16,895 bases of DNA, taken from contig JBJHCF010000067.1 in NCBI GenBank assembly GCA_050506795.1, forward strand, positions 1 to 16,895. Reading direction: 5' to 3'. Below the pieces are notes generated by a model. It saw only the letters and a program-made list of their open reading frames with translations, did not search any database and was not told the DNA's origin. This DNA comes from Opitutia bacterium. GTDB lineage: Bacteria; Verrucomicrobiota; Verrucomicrobiia; Opitutales; T3Sed10-336. Each line of letters starts with the position of its first letter. Position 1 is the first letter of the stretch. Both the position numbers and the translations under genes were made by a program. Positions 15,217 through 16,895 of this stretch are shown here, in pieces.

Positions 15217-16548
15217 ATGATTATCAAACCCTTTTCCCTGTCCGTCGCCTTCCTCGCCCTGGCACTGACGGCAGCCTCGTCCGCCTTCGCCCAGATCGGC
15301 ACGCGTTTTCCGTCGGAAAAAGTGATCGTTGAGGATCCGGTAACCGGCGTTCCCTTGACCTTCCTGACCAGCACTCCGGTCGGAGACTCCAAGATCTACC
15401 AGACCCACCCGCAGTGGACCGCCGACGGCGAGTGGCTGATCTTTCGCTCCAATCGTGTCCCGGGCGAAGCCATGGCGGTCAACGAGGAGACCGGCGACCT
15501 GGTCCAGGTCACCGAGGGCGGATATCGGGGAATGCTGGTAATCGCCCAGAAGTCCATGACCCTGTACGCCATGCGCGATGCCGAACGGGGCTCGGGATAC
15601 CGGGAAATTATCGCCGTCGATCTGGCCAAACTCTTCGCCGACAGCGAATCCAATTCTCTGGAAGACGAATCCGCCTACCAAACCATCATCGGCGAAATCC
15701 CGGGCGACTGGGGCGCCGGGGGCGATATGGCCCTGGACGCCGATGAGGATGTCATCTACTTCCGGGTGGGACCCGGTAAGGCCGCCCAACACCTGCCCGA
15801 GGGTGTCGAGCCGGAGGAGAATTTCGGGCCGCGCAACATGGGCGCCGGTCCCACCGGGATCGCCAAAATGGACGTGGCCACCGGCGAGCTCGGTTTTGTG
15901 GTCGCCGTTCCTTTCCAGGCCGGGCACGTGCAGACCAACCCCTGGGTGCCGGGCGAAATCCACTTCTGCTGGGAAACCGGCGGCAAGGCGCCTCAACGCA
16001 CGTGGATCGTCAACGCCGACGGCACCGGCCTGCGGCCGTTGTACCCGGAAGCGGACTACGAATGGGTCACCCACGAAGCGGTGATCACCCCCGACGAAGT
16101 CGCCATCGCCATCATGGGCCACCGCAGCCCCGGCACCGAGGACGCCTGGGGCATTTCCGGCACGCGGGAAAAACCGACCGGCCTGGGGATCATCAACATT
16201 CGCACCGGCGAAATGCGCATCGAGGGTCAAACCGCCAGCGGCAGCGGGCTTTGGCACGTCCACGGATCGCCGGACGGACGGTGGGCCGTGGGTGACGACT
16301 TCGCCCGCGACATCTACCTGATCGACCGCCGCAATGGCGAGATGATGCTTCTCTCCACCGGACACAAACCCACCGCCGCGGATCACCCCCACCCCACCTT
16401 CAGCCGCGACGGCACGAGGATCCAGATTCAGAGCGCCATGCTCTCGGACGACGACCGCGCCATGAACATCTGCATCATCCCAGTGCCCCAGGAATGGCTG
16501 GACCGCACCTACGACGAACCCACCTCGCTCTACCGGCGGGCGCCTTGA
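15217..16548 (+). CDS. Oligogalacturonate lyase (PL22/Ogl)-like beta-propeller protein with signal peptide
   Basis: Signal peptide ending SAFA-Q. Ogl-like motifs GTRFPSE..EDPVTG..LT, YQTHPQW, GHVQTNP, FCWE, QRTW, WVTHE, WHVHGSPDG..VGD and HPHPTFSRDG. Confidence 0.75.
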   Translation: MIIKPFSLSVAFLALALTAASSAFAQIGTRFPSEKVIVEDPVTGVPLTFLTSTPVGDSKIYQTHPQWTADGEWLIFRSNRVPGEAMAVNEETGDLVQVTEGGYRGMLVIAQKSMTLYAMRDAERGSGYREIIAVDLAKLFADSESNSLEDESAYQTIIGEIPGDWGAGGDMALDADEDVIYFRVGPGKAAQHLPEGVEPEENFGPRNMGAGPTGIAKMDVATGELGFVVAVPFQAGHVQTNPWVPGEIHFCWETGGKAPQRTWIVNADGTGLRPLYPEADYEWVTHEAVITPDEVAIAIMGHRSPGTEDAWGISGTREKPTGLGIINIRTGEMRIEGQTASGSGLWHVHGSPDGRWAVGDDFARDIYLIDRRNGEMMLLSTGHKPTAADHPHPTFSRDGTRIQIQSAMLSDDDRAMNICIIPVPQEWLDRTYDEPTSLYRRAP

Positions 16549-16552
16549 TATT

Positions 16553-16615
16553 GTCGGCTTCGCCGGTTCCTGGTTCTTTGTTCTTTGTTCATGGTTGGGA
16601 AGCCGGCTTCGCCGG
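16553..16615. repeat. Heptamer tandem (GGTTCCT GGTTCTT TGTTCTT TGTTCAT GGTT) bracketed by two CGGCTTCGCCG mini-hairpins
   Basis: Seen directly right after the stop of the Ogl-like gene. The first hairpin plus the T-rich tail could act as a weak terminator. Confidence 0.5.
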
Positions 16616-16688
16616 GGAACGTAATAATTTGCTTTTTGAGGTGGGCTCCGAAGCAGTGATCTCCGGGAACCTATGCCCTCGGCATTGT

Positions 16689-16892
16689 CCGCCTGAAGCA
16701 CGGACCTACGGGGCCGAATTCGTAGCGCCCTGCTTTAGCGGGCGTCTGAGGGGCGTGCCGACGACGATTCCAGGGAACAACTCCGGCTGAAGCACGGACC
16801 TACGGCGGTAGCGCCCTGCTTTAGCGGGCGTCTGAGGGGCGTGCGGACGGCGATTCCAGGAGGGAACAACTCCGGCTGAAGCACGGAGCTAC
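16689..16892. repeat. BIME/REPIN-like array of alternating GTAG-headed 21-nt REP elements (continues to the window edge)
   Basis: Reverse-oriented units CCG(C/G)CTGAAGCACGGA(C/G)CTAC at 16689-16709, 16783-16803 and 16872-16892. Forward units GTAGCGCCCTGCTTTAGCGGG at 16722-16742 and 16808-16828. The roughly 40-nt linkers are near-identical and the period is 86-94 nt. Confidence 0.8.
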
Positions 16893-16895
16893 GGG

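Noticed and set aside
15157..16701. 514-aa minus-strand ORF
   Set aside because: It is the antisense shadow of the Ogl-like gene, which has the signal peptide and family motifs.
16689..16895. CRISPR array
   Set aside because: The intervening sequences are near-identical rather than unique spacers, the units alternate in orientation and start with GTAG, and there are no cas genes in the window.

Overview
GC-rich bacterial window. The gene content, the GGAG/GTAG REP-like elements and the genes lacking a Shine-Dalgarno site suggest Verrucomicrobiota/Opitutales, but this is inference only. The left 7 kb is one minus-strand ORF missing from the ORF track because it runs off the left edge (7030 to <1, >=2343 aa). 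It encodes a secreted modular surface protein with three delta-60/DUF5122-type beta-propellers, five Ig-like repeats, two He_PIG-like Ig domains and a BNR/YCF48-like propeller. Upstream on the same strand are a small membrane-anchored protein with two His/Trp-rich 'NDRHWDPxHGHWH' repeats and phosphatidylserine decarboxylase (psd). The plus strand carries a probable 31-aa single-TM small protein, then a siaA-siaB-siaC partner-switching operon. The fourth, translationally coupled gene of that operon is not the SiaD diguanylate cyclase. It is a PAS-HisKA-HATPase-REC hybrid histidine kinase that keeps a SiaD-like 'KVxxISDKYQ' stalk motif, and this is the most interesting signal in the window. An alpha/beta hydrolase, a signal-peptide-bearing oligogalacturonate lyase (PL22)-like propeller and several REP/REPIN/BIME-like repeats complete the window.
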